Source of the DNA: Oceanispirochaeta sp.
GTDB taxonomy: Bacteria; Spirochaetota; Spirochaetia; DSM-2461
Direction of reading: 5' to 3'
NCBI GenBank assembly: GCA_963666275.2
Contig: CAXXOA010000002.1
Location: 1,792,001-1,856,000 of the forward strand
Length of the DNA stretch: 64,000 nt
The notes under the pieces were generated by a model. That model searched no databases and was not told where the DNA came from. It saw only the letters and a list, made by a program, of their open reading frames with translations. Below, piece by piece: positions 17,757 to 28,600 of the stretch (its first letter is position 1; every line of letters starts with the position of its first letter). The translations under genes were made by a program, and so were the position numbers.

Positions 17757-19679
17757 TCAGGATCTGGAGGAGTTCCCCAGATCGATCACTCCTTCGCAGA
17801 GCCAGTCCATGTTACGGATTATATTGAGATCCGCCTCTTCTCCCTCCGGGATTTTCAGAGTCCCCAGATTATCGTACAGAGGCCCTGTGAAAGGATGGAT
17901 CTGGTTGTGGATCAAATTATTGCGCATCAGTTCCATAAGCTGCTGAGTCCGAAAGGGAACATTGTCTTTATTTACAAGAAAGTCCACAGTTTCAGAGCGC
18001 AGGCCTCCCCAGAAGTTCAGGGGGACCGCGCTGGTGAGATTCTGCTGATAGGCATCCTGTGATCCCGAACCTGAAAGGATATTCTCCAGAATCCTCAGAT
18101 AGAGCTTTCCCCAGTTCCAGCTTGTATAGCCGAACTGCCGGGCCGGATTCTCTCCCTTGCCGGAGAGATCATAAAGGCCGAACTCATCGGTTGTGAGGCC
18201 CGGTACGGGCAGGCTGTGCTGAAAAATGATGCTGCAGTGTTTGCTCAAAAGCTTTCCCGCCAGATTCCGGGCGTATTCGGGGTTATCCCAGAAGGGATTC
18301 CATAAAAGGGGAATATGGCAGTCCGGATCGATCAGACGGGCTCCCTGGACAAAACTGTTGATCCGGAAGTAGGGCTCCACTCCGGTTCCCGTAGCGATAT
18401 ATCCCAGGCGGCCGTCTTCACTCATAAGTGAGGCAAGGATCCCCGCCAGAAAACTCGATTCGAAGCTCTGGCCGAAGTAGGTTCTCACTCTCTGGCGGCT
18501 TTTTTCGGGAGAGCAGAGATAATACATCACATCCGGATGCCTGATGGAGGCCTTGATGATCGGATTGGCAAAGAGGGGAGAGGTGGCAAAGATGACATCA
18601 TAGCCCTTTTCAATTCCCCGGGAAATCGCTTCATAGGCCCCGTCGTCTTCCGGCAGCCCTGCCATGCTGTCTGTGGCAATCTGATCACCCAGCTCCTGCT
18701 GTACATACTGCCGTCCCTGTTCATGGGCATAGGACCAGCCCGACTTTTCTGGTTCCCGGGAGTAGAGAAAAAGGGCTTTCAATGTCTTTTTCCCTGTAAA
18801 CAGGCTGTAGAAACCTTCAATCGGGGATCTCTCTTTCAAAGCGATCTCTTCGGTATCTGTTTTTTCCAGTTCCGCCGCTTCTTCCAGCACCAGGTCGTCC
18901 AGGAGGCGTTTTATCTCGTCCCTGGCTTTTTCTGTTTCAATTTTTTCAGGCATCTGAAAAATTTCAATGTACCGCAGAAAGGCATCCCCTGTGGTCATTC
19001 TGAGTTTCTTCTGGGCACCCAGGGAGTGAAAGATATCTCTGAAGGGCTGGTAGATGTTTTTCAGGATATGTTCATTTGGATCTGAAAGGACCCGATCCTC
19101 CGGGGGAGTATATTCCCTGAATTTCTCCTCCAGGATTTGATATCCCCCTTCTCTGTCCAGCCATATATCCCTGATACCTGTACTGTTTCTGAAGTCCAGA
19201 AAATCAAAGTAGGCCTTTTTCTCCGGTGTGAGCGGCTCTTTCCGGGGCATCAGTCGGATCACATGTGCCTCAATGGTTTTTGCCTTTACATAATTGAGGA
19301 CACTGACCCTTTTATTTCCCTCAATGACATAGTACCAGTTCAGGTATTCGTAGAGTTTTACCGCGTCCCGGATCCCCTCGGTCATATGGGCTTCGAACAG
19401 GTTTATCCATTTAATGGCAAACTCGGACTTGTCATTGGTGGCAAGAGGCAGAAAATTTCTTGTAAACATGGTGGCTCTGGACCGGGACCAGGTTCCTATA
19501 ATCTTGTTTATGGGAACTTTTTCATATCCCACATTGATCTCGGAGACAATCTCCATCTGAGAGGACAGATCTTCCAGTGAAAGAATGAATCCCGGTTTTC
19601 CCCGGGTGATCCGGCCGAAATAAATGAGGCGGCCCTTTCTCAGGGCGTTGAGATATTCATCACGTGCATCTTGAGACAT
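17757..19679 (-). CDS. Fusion of an N-terminal ParB/sulfiredoxin-like domain and a C-terminal BMP (PnrA/Med-like) ligand-binding domain; no signal peptide
   Basis: YYVIEGNKRVSV; C-terminal half SGWSYAHEQGR, GYDVIFATS, INSFVQGA, WNWG, PFTGPLYDN.G, NMDWL.EGV. Confidence 0.78.
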   Translation of the reverse strand: MSQDARDEYLNALRKGRLIYFGRITRGKPGFILSLEDLSSQMEIVSEINVGYEKVPINKIIGTWSRSRATMFTRNFLPLATNDKSEFAIKWINLFEAHMTEGIRDAVKLYEYLNWYYVIEGNKRVSVLNYVKAKTIEAHVIRLMPRKEPLTPEKKAYFDFLDFRNSTGIRDIWLDREGGYQILEEKFREYTPPEDRVLSDPNEHILKNIYQPFRDIFHSLGAQKKLRMTTGDAFLRYIEIFQMPEKIETEKARDEIKRLLDDLVLEEAAELEKTDTEEIALKERSPIEGFYSLFTGKKTLKALFLYSREPEKSGWSYAHEQGRQYVQQELGDQIATDSMAGLPEDDGAYEAISRGIEKGYDVIFATSPLFANPIIKASIRHPDVMYYLCSPEKSRQRVRTYFGQSFESSFLAGILASLMSEDGRLGYIATGTGVEPYFRINSFVQGARLIDPDCHIPLLWNPFWDNPEYARNLAGKLLSKHCSIIFQHSLPVPGLTTDEFGLYDLSGKGENPARQFGYTSWNWGKLYLRILENILSGSGSQDAYQQNLTSAVPLNFWGGLRSETVDFLVNKDNVPFRTQQLMELMRNNLIHNQIHPFTGPLYDNLGTLKIPEGEEADLNIIRNMDWLCEGVIDLGNSSRS

Positions 19680-19726
19680 GTTTTAATTGTAGTCTATTCA
19701 ACAGGAAATAGGAAAAAAAAGCTGAC

Positions 19727-19924
19727 TTAAAGTCCTGTTGCTCTGGCAAGTATCTTGTGTGTTTCTACGGAAGATTTGCCGTCGAGACTGGGGATCAGAT
19801 TGGTTGAGGTTTTTTTATCAATCATTCGAACCAGTCTTCTATCACGATAAACGAGTATCCGTTTATCTTTCATAACGCGGTAACTGAATAGGTCTGCCTG
19901 AGATTTTTTAGATGAGACTTTCAT
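19727..19924 (-). CDS. Small basic hypothetical protein
   Basis: 65-aa ORF with AAGGA RBS in an otherwise intergenic gap. Confidence 0.6.
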   Translation of the reverse strand: MKVSSKKSQADLFSYRVMKDKRILVYRDRRLVRMIDKKTSTNLIPSLDGKSSVETHKILARATGL

Positions 19925-20019
19925 TTATGAGGTCCTTGTATAAAAGATTTAAGAACAGAGATGACATATATTATACACCGGATTCACTAAAAAAACCAGT
20001 TAAATCTATATAAGGTAAG

Positions 20020-20697
20020 TCAGTAGCCCGGTTGGCCTATATAAACAACCGTCGAAGCGGATTGCCGGGATAAACCGGTACCTTTTGAATCGGATGAAAA
20101 ATCATCCTCTGTGGTATCAGGAAAATGCCCGAAATCCTCCCTCAGTGCCAGTTCGGAGAAGGAACAGACGTCAGCTTTCAGGGTAAAGGGAAAGACCATT
20201 TTTTCCCATTTCCCCATGGGATAGAACTCTTTCAGAATTTCCTTTTCATACTTTTCAGGAATTGTCTTTTCGCTGATCCGGTTCAGTATTATAACAAGCC
20301 ATCCGTCCTCTTTCAGTATGCGGCGGAACTCACTGATGGATTCAAACTGTTCCGTTCCGGGAATGTTCCATCGGCAGGTTATGATATCCACAGACTTGCT
20401 GCAGAGCCTTGTGTTGCCGAAATCCCCGTTGACTTCCCTGAAGTTTTTGTTCTTCCAGAACTTTTCTGCTGCCTTCTGCCGGTTGTCCTTATCTTTTTCA
20501 ACGCAGTAAACCGTATTGGCATCTTTGAGGAAGTGGCTTGCCAGAATTCCGGATCCGGACTCGATATCGGCCAGGATCATCCCTTTATTCAGGTTGGTTT
20601 TTTCCAGAATAAACTCAATGGCTTCAGGTGCGAAACCACAGATCCTACCCTCGGCAAGAGATTCGCACAGAGGGTTTAATTGATTTCCGGTTAACAT
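20020..20697 (-). CDS. Class I SAM-dependent methyltransferase-like protein (degenerate motif I)
   Basis: ADIESGSGI, VYCVE, SVDIIT, EFRRILKEDG. Confidence 0.7.
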   Translation of the reverse strand: MLTGNQLNPLCESLAEGRICGFAPEAIEFILEKTNLNKGMILADIESGSGILASHFLKDANTVYCVEKDKDNRQKAAEKFWKNKNFREVNGDFGNTRLCSKSVDIITCRWNIPGTEQFESISEFRRILKEDGWLVIILNRISEKTIPEKYEKEILKEFYPMGKWEKMVFPFTLKADVCSFSELALREDFGHFPDTTEDDFSSDSKGTGLSRQSASTVVYIGQPGY

Positions 20698-20748
20698 AGT
20701 AATATAAGTATACCATAGTTTGAGAATCCGGACGTAAGATTTTTTTCT

Positions 20749-22065
20749 CTAGAAAGTCAGCTCATGCAGAAGAGTGTTCAGTTCCGCATCGTTTCTGACT
20801 GTCTCGAGCAGTTTGTCCGTGACCTTTCCTCTTGCCTGTTCTTCTGTGAGACCGCCGCTTTTGACTTCCTCACTCTGCCATACAATATCTTCTCCCCGGG
20901 AGGTGATAAGCCCCACATAACATCGTCCGTAACTGATGACAAGTCCGAAATCATTGGGCGGAGCTTCATGAAAAGAGAAACTCAGACTGATCTTTTTCTC
21001 CGACTCCCTGTCTGTCAGGGTAAAAGGGGTGATCGAGTCGAGGATCTCGAAGCTCCTGCTGTACAGACCGCTTCCTTCGCCTTCTATGAGCATCTGTACC
21101 ACAAGGGCCTGCACGGATGTAGAAGAGGATTCTGAAGGAAGGGCATAATCCAGCTGGGACAGGAGCTCCCTGTTGGTCAAGGGAGATTTGAGCCGGTAGG
21201 TGAAATTCCCTTCTCCCGGCAGTTCCTTCACCGTGTAGAGCCAGTCGAAATTCCCGTCGGGATCAAGGGGGATCTCCTGCAGGATCTCTCCTGAGGCATT
21301 CAGGAATTCAAGGGCGAATGCGCCCGGATTCCTTCCTGTCCCGCAGAGGACAGTTCCCCTGAGGGAAATCTGTTCCATCTGGGTGACTCTGTCCGGCAGG
21401 GAAGGAGCCGGGAGGGTTATTCCCTTCAGAAGGTCTTCGGCTCTGAGAAGAAGCAGAGTGTCTATGGATCCGGTCTGCCCGAAGAGCTCCATGGAGACTT
21501 TATTTCCCGTATAGTTCTGACGGTATTCTGAGTAGGCGCGGTCAATTGTTTTAAGTTCAGAAAGGGTGTCTCTGAATACACCGGCAAACATTTCCTCTAT
21601 GCGCTGTCTCATATCACGGGCCCGTCTCTCCTGAATGGCTTCCCATTCCATCCTGCTCAATCTCATGTAGTACCAGTAGCCGTCCTGCTGAGAATACCAG
21701 GTGTCCACAGTCTCCAGGGCTTCCAGATCCTGTTCTACTTTCTGTCTTATATTCTGCTCCACCAGATAGGTTTCTCCGGTTTCAGAACTGTCAGTGGCCT
21801 GAATATCCAGACTGCTCTCTATGGAGGCGAAAATTTCCGATGAGAGCTCCGCCAGTGCTCTGGAGCGGGCAATCTCTTTATCATCCGCCTGATTCCCGGT
21901 TTCAGATCCCCCTATTCCGATATAGTAGACAGTACTGTCGGGACGGTTTGTGATCCATTCGGGTTTTCCCTTGTCCTCCTGTTTTTTCTCCTCCGGGGAG
22001 GAAGCACAGGAGAGGATCAGAAAGACGATTGTTATCAAAAGAAAAATGAATTGCTGTTTTTTCAT
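20749..22065 (-). CDS. LPP20-domain lipoprotein
   Basis: Lipobox LILSC, KPEWI, YYIGIG, A..RALAELS. Confidence 0.8.
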   Translation of the reverse strand: MKKQQFIFLLITIVFLILSCASSPEEKKQEDKGKPEWITNRPDSTVYYIGIGGSETGNQADDKEIARSRALAELSSEIFASIESSLDIQATDSSETGETYLVEQNIRQKVEQDLEALETVDTWYSQQDGYWYYMRLSRMEWEAIQERRARDMRQRIEEMFAGVFRDTLSELKTIDRAYSEYRQNYTGNKVSMELFGQTGSIDTLLLLRAEDLLKGITLPAPSLPDRVTQMEQISLRGTVLCGTGRNPGAFALEFLNASGEILQEIPLDPDGNFDWLYTVKELPGEGNFTYRLKSPLTNRELLSQLDYALPSESSSTSVQALVVQMLIEGEGSGLYSRSFEILDSITPFTLTDRESEKKISLSFSFHEAPPNDFGLVISYGRCYVGLITSRGEDIVWQSEEVKSGGLTEEQARGKVTDKLLETVRNDAELNTLLHELTF

Positions 22066-22270
22066 AGCATTTGCCCTTAAAATAGAGGAATTTCATCAGA
22101 ATAAATTGCATAATAAATATACTTCAGAACATTATCTCATGCAATTGAAGGAAATCTGGAGAATATGATTTAATAATATTATTGGTTCTGATCATCGGAA
22201 AAATCAAAAAAAGTACCTATAATTAAACAGTATAGGGTACCTTTCTGATGACATTGACTGGAGGATTTAC

Positions 22271-23500
22271 ATGGTAAAAAAAGGATTATTATTTCTCTTT
22301 TTTCTTTCTCTGACTTTAAATATTGCTGCTCAGCCCAAAGTAGCCGTTCTGGATGCCACTCTGGGGGAAGGAGTCTCCATCAATGCCAGTGCCATTGTTG
22401 CGGATACCATTAACGAGCAGTTTGTAAAAGCTCCCAATTTTACAGCCATTGAACGTGCCTATATTTCCAATATTCAGGAAGAAAAGAAATTCCAGCTTTC
22501 CGGTGACGTCAAGGAAGAGGACATCAAGGAAATAGGTAACACCTTCGGAGCGGATTATCTGTGTGTGGCGAATGTCAGTCTTCTGGGATCCACCTACACT
22601 GTCTCCGCCCGGCTTATTGAAGTGGCCACCGCTCAGGTCTATGCCCAGGAATCCCATAGGATGCGGGGAGAAATTGACATCCTCTTTATGATTGCGGAAA
22701 TCGTGGGAGCCGAACTGGTGGGAACCGACATGGCCAATACTGAATTTGTGCCTTCAGAAGACATAACCCAGGAACCCATGCCCCAGGTCAATGTGGAGCC
22801 CGAACCGGAACCTCAGCCGGAACCCGAAACAGAATTTGTACCCTCTCCCCAGCCCGAAAGGGAAAAGAAGTCTTCCGGTCCCTCTCAGCCGAAAGGGCAT
22901 TTTATGGTGTCACTTTTTGTTCCCGCCTATCTGGGAGCTGAGGACTATTTCACAGGAGGGTATTCCTTCAATGATCTGGATGGCTATTACGAAGATAACG
23001 GTTATGATGTGTCAGAACTGTCCTGGGGATTGGATGTGCACTATCTGGAACCCTTTCTGGGTTTCATCTACTACTCTCTGGGATTTCTCTATACCGATGA
23101 TGTCCTGAGGCTGGAGAACTCTGGCGGGGTTTATCAGTACGATATGTTCCGGACCTTCGAGCCCTATGCCGGTCTGGGCGCGATCATTGCCCCGATCTCC
23201 CATCTGGAGTTCTATGGGGGAATCACAGCGGGAATCATGATCCTGGCCCTTGGTTCCGAATATGCCTCCGATGCGGACGATTCGGTCTGGGGCGACGACG
23301 CGGGAGAGACCGCAGCCGGCCTTTCTCTCGGATTTGAGCTGGGCGCCACTCTGTACGCCGGTCCTCTGGGGCTGGATCTTCGGTACAAGTTTGCCCGGTC
23401 CGGCAACATGACCGGTGATGTTCTGTTCCCTGAAAGCTATTCGGGCGACAAAAGCTTCGGTCATCATGGTCTGGCTATCGGTATCGGTTTTATGTTCTGA
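22271..23500 (+). CDS. Exported protein: CsgG/TolB-N-like domain, Pro/Glu linker, probable outer-membrane beta-barrel
   Basis: Signal peptide; KVAVLD..IER..I..EKKFQLSG..GADY..SARLIEV; EPEPEPQPEP; alternating strands ending GIGFMF. Confidence 0.7.
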   Translation: MVKKGLLFLFFLSLTLNIAAQPKVAVLDATLGEGVSINASAIVADTINEQFVKAPNFTAIERAYISNIQEEKKFQLSGDVKEEDIKEIGNTFGADYLCVANVSLLGSTYTVSARLIEVATAQVYAQESHRMRGEIDILFMIAEIVGAELVGTDMANTEFVPSEDITQEPMPQVNVEPEPEPQPEPETEFVPSPQPEREKKSSGPSQPKGHFMVSLFVPAYLGAEDYFTGGYSFNDLDGYYEDNGYDVSELSWGLDVHYLEPFLGFIYYSLGFLYTDDVLRLENSGGVYQYDMFRTFEPYAGLGAIIAPISHLEFYGGITAGIMILALGSEYASDADDSVWGDDAGETAAGLSLGFELGATLYAGPLGLDLRYKFARSGNMTGDVLFPESYSGDKSFGHHGLAIGIGFMF

Positions 23501-23522
23501 TTCTGAAATTGTCTGATATCCC

Positions 23523-23557
23523 GCAGGAATTCCTCGAGGATTCCTGCTTTTTTTTTT
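23523..23557 (+). terminator. Rho-independent terminator
   Basis: GCAGGAAT..ATTCCTGC followed by a long T run. Confidence 0.85.
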
Positions 23558-23574
23558 CATTACCGGAGGATCCC

Positions 23575-24426
23575 ATGAAAGAGAATGCCCGGTTCTGGCA
23601 TCTTCACGATGCCGGTCCGGTGGACTTTCTGCATGCCACCTATTATACCCACTCCTTTCCGAAACATATCCATGAAGGATATGTTTTCGGCGTTGTAACA
23701 AGGGGAGTGGAGGCTTTTGACAGGGAAGGAGAGGATCATCAGGCGGAAGAGGGGAGTCTGGTGATCATTAATCCGGGGGATACCCATACGGGTTATGCCC
23801 CTTTTGATGTGGGATGGTCCTACAGAACAATCTATCCCCGGACAGATCTAATCAGGAAGGCTGCGGATATGGCCAACTCTCATTCTGGCCTTTATCCGGG
23901 GTTTTCCCGGGCTGTTGTGAAAGATCCCGCTCTGGTTCAGGACTTCCTTCATATGCACAGGGTCAACGAAACCTCCGACTGCGCCCTGGAAAGGGAAACG
24001 CTTTTCTATGAGGTCCTGCGGCGACTGATACACCGATACAGTGATAAAAAGATAAATCTTTCCGGCAGGCAGGGAAAAGATACCGCTTTGGCGGCTCGGG
24101 TCTGCGATTACCTGAGGGCCCACTATGCCGGCAATCCCGGCCTGAGCGAACTGTCCGAAGTCACCGGAGTCAGTCCCTGGCATCTGACGAGGGTATTCAA
24201 AAATGTCAAAGGGATCCCCCCCCATGCCTGGCTGAATCAGTACAGGCTGAACCGGGCCCGGGATATGATCTTCAGGGGAATTTCCCCCTCCATGGCAGCC
24301 GCAGCCAGCGGTTTTACAGATCAGAGTCATCTAACCAGGCATTTCAAGAGGTATTTCGGAGTCACACCCGGTAAAATTTTCCACCCGAGCAAAAATGTAC
24401 AAGACCATACCGGGCAGGATCGTTAA
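23575..24426 (+). CDS. AraC-family regulator with cupin ligand-binding domain
   Basis: FPKHIHEGY, INPG..HTG, GFTDQSHLTRHFKRYFGVTPG; GGAGG RBS. Confidence 0.92.
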   Translation: MKENARFWHLHDAGPVDFLHATYYTHSFPKHIHEGYVFGVVTRGVEAFDREGEDHQAEEGSLVIINPGDTHTGYAPFDVGWSYRTIYPRTDLIRKAADMANSHSGLYPGFSRAVVKDPALVQDFLHMHRVNETSDCALERETLFYEVLRRLIHRYSDKKINLSGRQGKDTALAARVCDYLRAHYAGNPGLSELSEVTGVSPWHLTRVFKNVKGIPPHAWLNQYRLNRARDMIFRGISPSMAAAASGFTDQSHLTRHFKRYFGVTPGKIFHPSKNVQDHTGQDR

Positions 24427-24436
24427 AATCGGTTCC

Positions 24437-25174
24437 ATGATAGCTGAATCGAGAGAATTTACAAAATCCGGGGAGTTCCTGGACGGGGCGGTCAAATCAT
24501 TTCCCCTGCTTCTCGGAGCGTCACCATTCGGTTTGATCTACGGCACTCTGGCTGTGACAGGCGGTCTTTCCGTACCTGCTGCTCTGGCAATGTCGGCATT
24601 TGTTTTTGCCGGGTCCTCCCAGTTCATTGCCGTAGGGCTCGTGGCCCTGGATGCCCCGGTTCTCATAATTATCCTGACCACCTTTGTGGTGAATCTCCGG
24701 CATATGCTCTACAGTGCGGCTCTGCTGCCCTGGCTGAAAAAACTCCCTCAGAAATGGCGGATCCCTCTGGCATTCTGGCTGACCGACGAAACCTTTGCCG
24801 TGACTGTTGTCAGGTATAACAGGGAGGATTCTTCTCCCTTTAAACACTGGTTTCAGCTGGGATCCTCCCTGGCCATGTACCTAAACTGGCAGTTCTGGTG
24901 CGCCATGGGACTCCTTCTGGGGGGACGTATCCAGGATGCTGCCAACTGGGGACTCGATTTTGCCATGCCTGTAACCTTTATCGGTATGACAATTCCCTTT
25001 GTCAGAAATTCTCCCACGCTGATTTGCGTACTCACTGCCGGCGCCGTCTCCCTGCTGACGGGAAATATGCCCTATAAACTGGGGCTTATGGCCGCGGCTC
25101 TGGCGGGAATTGCCATGGGAATGCTCATGGACAGACGGAATAGGGGCCTGAAAGGGGCTAAGGAGTTATCATGA
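24437..25174 (+). CDS. azlC: AzlC family branched-chain amino acid exporter
   Basis: VFAGSSQF, NLRHMLYS, LTDETFA; alternative start at 24395. Confidence 0.9.
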   Translation: MIAESREFTKSGEFLDGAVKSFPLLLGASPFGLIYGTLAVTGGLSVPAALAMSAFVFAGSSQFIAVGLVALDAPVLIIILTTFVVNLRHMLYSAALLPWLKKLPQKWRIPLAFWLTDETFAVTVVRYNREDSSPFKHWFQLGSSLAMYLNWQFWCAMGLLLGGRIQDAANWGLDFAMPVTFIGMTIPFVRNSPTLICVLTAGAVSLLTGNMPYKLGLMAAALAGIAMGMLMDRRNRGLKGAKELS

Positions 25175-25500
25175 CAAATCAGGAGATCATCCTCATTCTC
25201 GGTATGGCTGCTGTTACGTTCTCTATCAGGTATATCCTGCTGGCCCTGGCAGACCATTTTACCCTTCCTCCGCTTATGCAGAGAGCCCTGGGATTTGTTC
25301 CTCCTGCTGTTCTGACAGCCATTACGGTCCCGGCCGTGCTGACTCCGGCTGGCTCTCTGGATCTGAGCTTTGCCAACCCCTACCTCTACGGGGCCCTGGC
25401 AGCCCTGGGGGCGGGACTTGTTTTCCGGAAACAGACCCTTCTTGCCTCCATTTCAGCCGGGCTGGCTGTCTTCTTTCTCTGGCGTCAGCTTTTCCTCTGA
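25171..25500 (+). CDS. azlD: AzlD family exporter small subunit
   Basis: GMAAVTF.IRY, FVPPAVL.A; ATGA overlap. Confidence 0.88.
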   Translation: MTNQEIILILGMAAVTFSIRYILLALADHFTLPPLMQRALGFVPPAVLTAITVPAVLTPAGSLDLSFANPYLYGALAALGAGLVFRKQTLLASISAGLAVFFLWRQLFL

Positions 25501-25622
25501 AAAACGGAAAGGATTTTTTATTTATTTTGATTTTGTATTCTCCAGAACCATCCGTTAAATTTAAGTGATACAATAATTCCAGCTAGCTCTAAAGTTGATA
25601 AAACCTGAGGACAACCGAATAG

Positions 25623-28600
25623 ATGAATGAATCACTTAAAAAATATGGCATCCTGCTTCTGCTTCTGGGAATGATCATTCCGGCGAACCTTTTTTCTATT
25701 GAACTGTTTTACGGTGTGAATTTCATTTTCGGGACACTCTTCGTCTTTCTGATCGCCTTTATGTACAACCCCCTGTGGTCTCTCCTGGCCGGATTAATTT
25801 CCTCGGTTACCATGTTCTTTCTCTGGCACCATCTTTTTGCCACCCCTGTTTTTATGGCGGAAGCTTTCACGGTTTCCCTGCTCTATCATTTCAGAAAGAA
25901 AGGGACTCCCGTAGAGTATGCGGCTCTGTTCTGGACTGTTCTGGGACTGCCCCTGGGATTGCTTATTTACAAAACAGGCACGAGCATGAGCTGGGAAGCA
26001 GTGATTATGAGTACTCTCAAACAGTTTCTCAATTCGCTGTTCACCTCTTCCCTGGCAGGTTTCCTTCTCATTCTGCCGTCACTGCCTTTCCTTAAAAAGA
26101 GATTTGACAAAGAGGAGAATCTGACACCCCTCTATGAAATGATAAGTTCCATTGTGATCCTGGTTCTGCTTTCGGGAATTCTGTTTGTTGTGGTAAAAGA
26201 GAACAGGGTCTATGAGAAAAGGTCCATAAACGGAGTCAAAGAAAGACTGATCGATACCAGTGACAGCTTTATATCCTATCTGGATGACTGGAAAAAGAAG
26301 AACGGCTACAGCCTCTACAGGATGTCTTACCAGTTTGATAAATCCGAACTTGCCGATCCCAGAGCGCTTCAGATGAACCTTGAATTCCTTTCGGAAACTC
26401 TGAATGCCTTTGACAGCCTGACCATTGCAGGGAAAACAGGACAGGTCATTGCCTCTTCTCCGCCTGTAAATACACTGGGCATCAGCAATCTGGATAGAGA
26501 TTATTCGGATACTCCCGTTTTTCATTATCTGCAGAACTCCCTGGATACAGCCTATACGGATATCATTCTTTCTGATGATAATGAGAGGTATCTGCTGGGA
26601 GTCGGAGCACCCATAAGGATCGACGGTCAGTTTGAGGGCTTCGTCATGGGAATGCTCTACCTTGATCCTATGTTCCAGATCATGAATCAGTTCCGTCAGA
26701 ACATCAGTCAGGATATTACCCTCATTGACGCTTCCGGCAGGGTTATCATTTCCACTGGACCCTACAGTGAGCGTTCTCTTTTTGTGAGTGTCGATGAAGG
26801 TCTGAAAGTTCCCATTGGTGACGGGGTTATTCACTGGTTTCCTTCGGATACTTCTTCGTCCATGCAGAGTTTCCAGCATTCCAGACTCTATTATAAATCT
26901 GTCATTCCGGATCTGAACTGGACCCTCTACCTGGAAGAAGGTCTGGCACCCCGGGCAGAGGAACTTATCCGGCTCAGTCTGGAGAATAATATCTTTATTC
27001 TGATCCTTGTGCTTCTCTTTATTGTCCTGTTTAAAATGGGACTCAGCAGAATTACAGGAACCCTTGAAAGAATCATCCGGATAGGAAAGACAGATAATTA
27101 CCTTTCAGACCAGGAATGGCCTTCTACCAGAATCCAGGAGTTCCATGAAATCATCAGCTATTTTCAGTCTCTTATGAAGCTCCACCGTCTGGATAATCGT
27201 CAGATGAAGGACCAGAACCGGGAACTCACAAAGATCAATTCCGCCCTGATCCAGAGTGAGGAGAATCTGAGAATCACCCTTCAGTCCATAGGGGACGGTG
27301 TTATCGTGACAGATGAATCCGGCAGTGTTACGGATCTGAATCCTGTTGCCTGCCGGCTGATAGGCTGGACCTACGAATCCGCCCTGAACAAGAGTCTTGA
27401 TACATTGCTTGACCTGAAGGAAGAGATTACCGGGGCAGGGGTGAAACTTATGGAAAAGATTCTCCAGAACGGGGAATCCATTTATCCCGGGACTCCCTAT
27501 AAACTGACAGATCCCCAGAGAAAAACTGCCATCGTCACGATCGGAGCGGAACCTATCCGGACCAGTCTGGATTCGGATATCCGCGGAGCGGTTCTGATCC
27601 TCCGGAATATTTCCGAAACCAGGAAGCTGGAGGAACAGCTCCGGCAGTCCCAGAAGCTGGAGGTCGTGGGGCAGCTCTCGGGTGGGATCGCTCATGACTT
27701 CAATAATATTCTGACAGGTATACTGGGGCTGAACAAAATGATTCAGTCCGAGCTTCCCCCCGATTCCTCTGGACGGGAGTATTCGGAAAATATTGACAAG
27801 CAGATCGCCAGAGCTGCTGATCTTACAGGGAAGCTTCTCGCCTTTTCCCGGAAGGGGAAAATGGTCACAAAAGTTTTTGACCTGCATACAGTCATTAATG
27901 AAACTGTTATGATCCTGGAAAGGACAATTGATAAATCGGTTTCCATTGAAAAACGAACCGATGCCAAATTTACCCATATCAATGGCGACCCTGTTCAAAT
28001 CCAGAGTGTTCTCATGAATATTGCCCTTAATGCCCGGGATGCCATGCCCAAAGGGGGAACCCTGACAATCGCGACGGAAAACACAAAGGGACTCCAGAAT
28101 ATCGAGACCAACACGGGCATTAAAATGATTACAGGGCAGCATCTCCGTATTTCCATTACCGATACAGGCGATGGAATGAGCGATGATGTTAAAGTGCGCA
28201 TTTTCGAGCCCTTTTTTACCACAAAACAGAAGAACGGAACCTCTGGAATGAGCCTTTCAGCCGCTTTCGGAGCTGTGTCAGAGCATAACGGTGTCATTTC
28301 TGTCCGTTCCGAACAGGGGCGGGGAACAGTTTTTGATCTTTATTTTCCCGTTGTGAAAAATCCTGAAATCAAGATCGAATTTCCCAGGGAGAAAGCTGCT
28401 GTCCAGGCAGATGAAACGATCCTTGTCATTGACGATGAGGAGATCATCCGCAACTCTCTGAAAGCAATTCTGACAGAACTGGGGTATAAGGTGTTTATCG
28501 CTTCCGGAGGAGAGCAGGGGCTGAGTCTCTACAGGGACAACTCCCGGGAGATCTCTCTGGTTATTCTTGATGCCGTGATGGCGGATATGACAGGCCTTGA

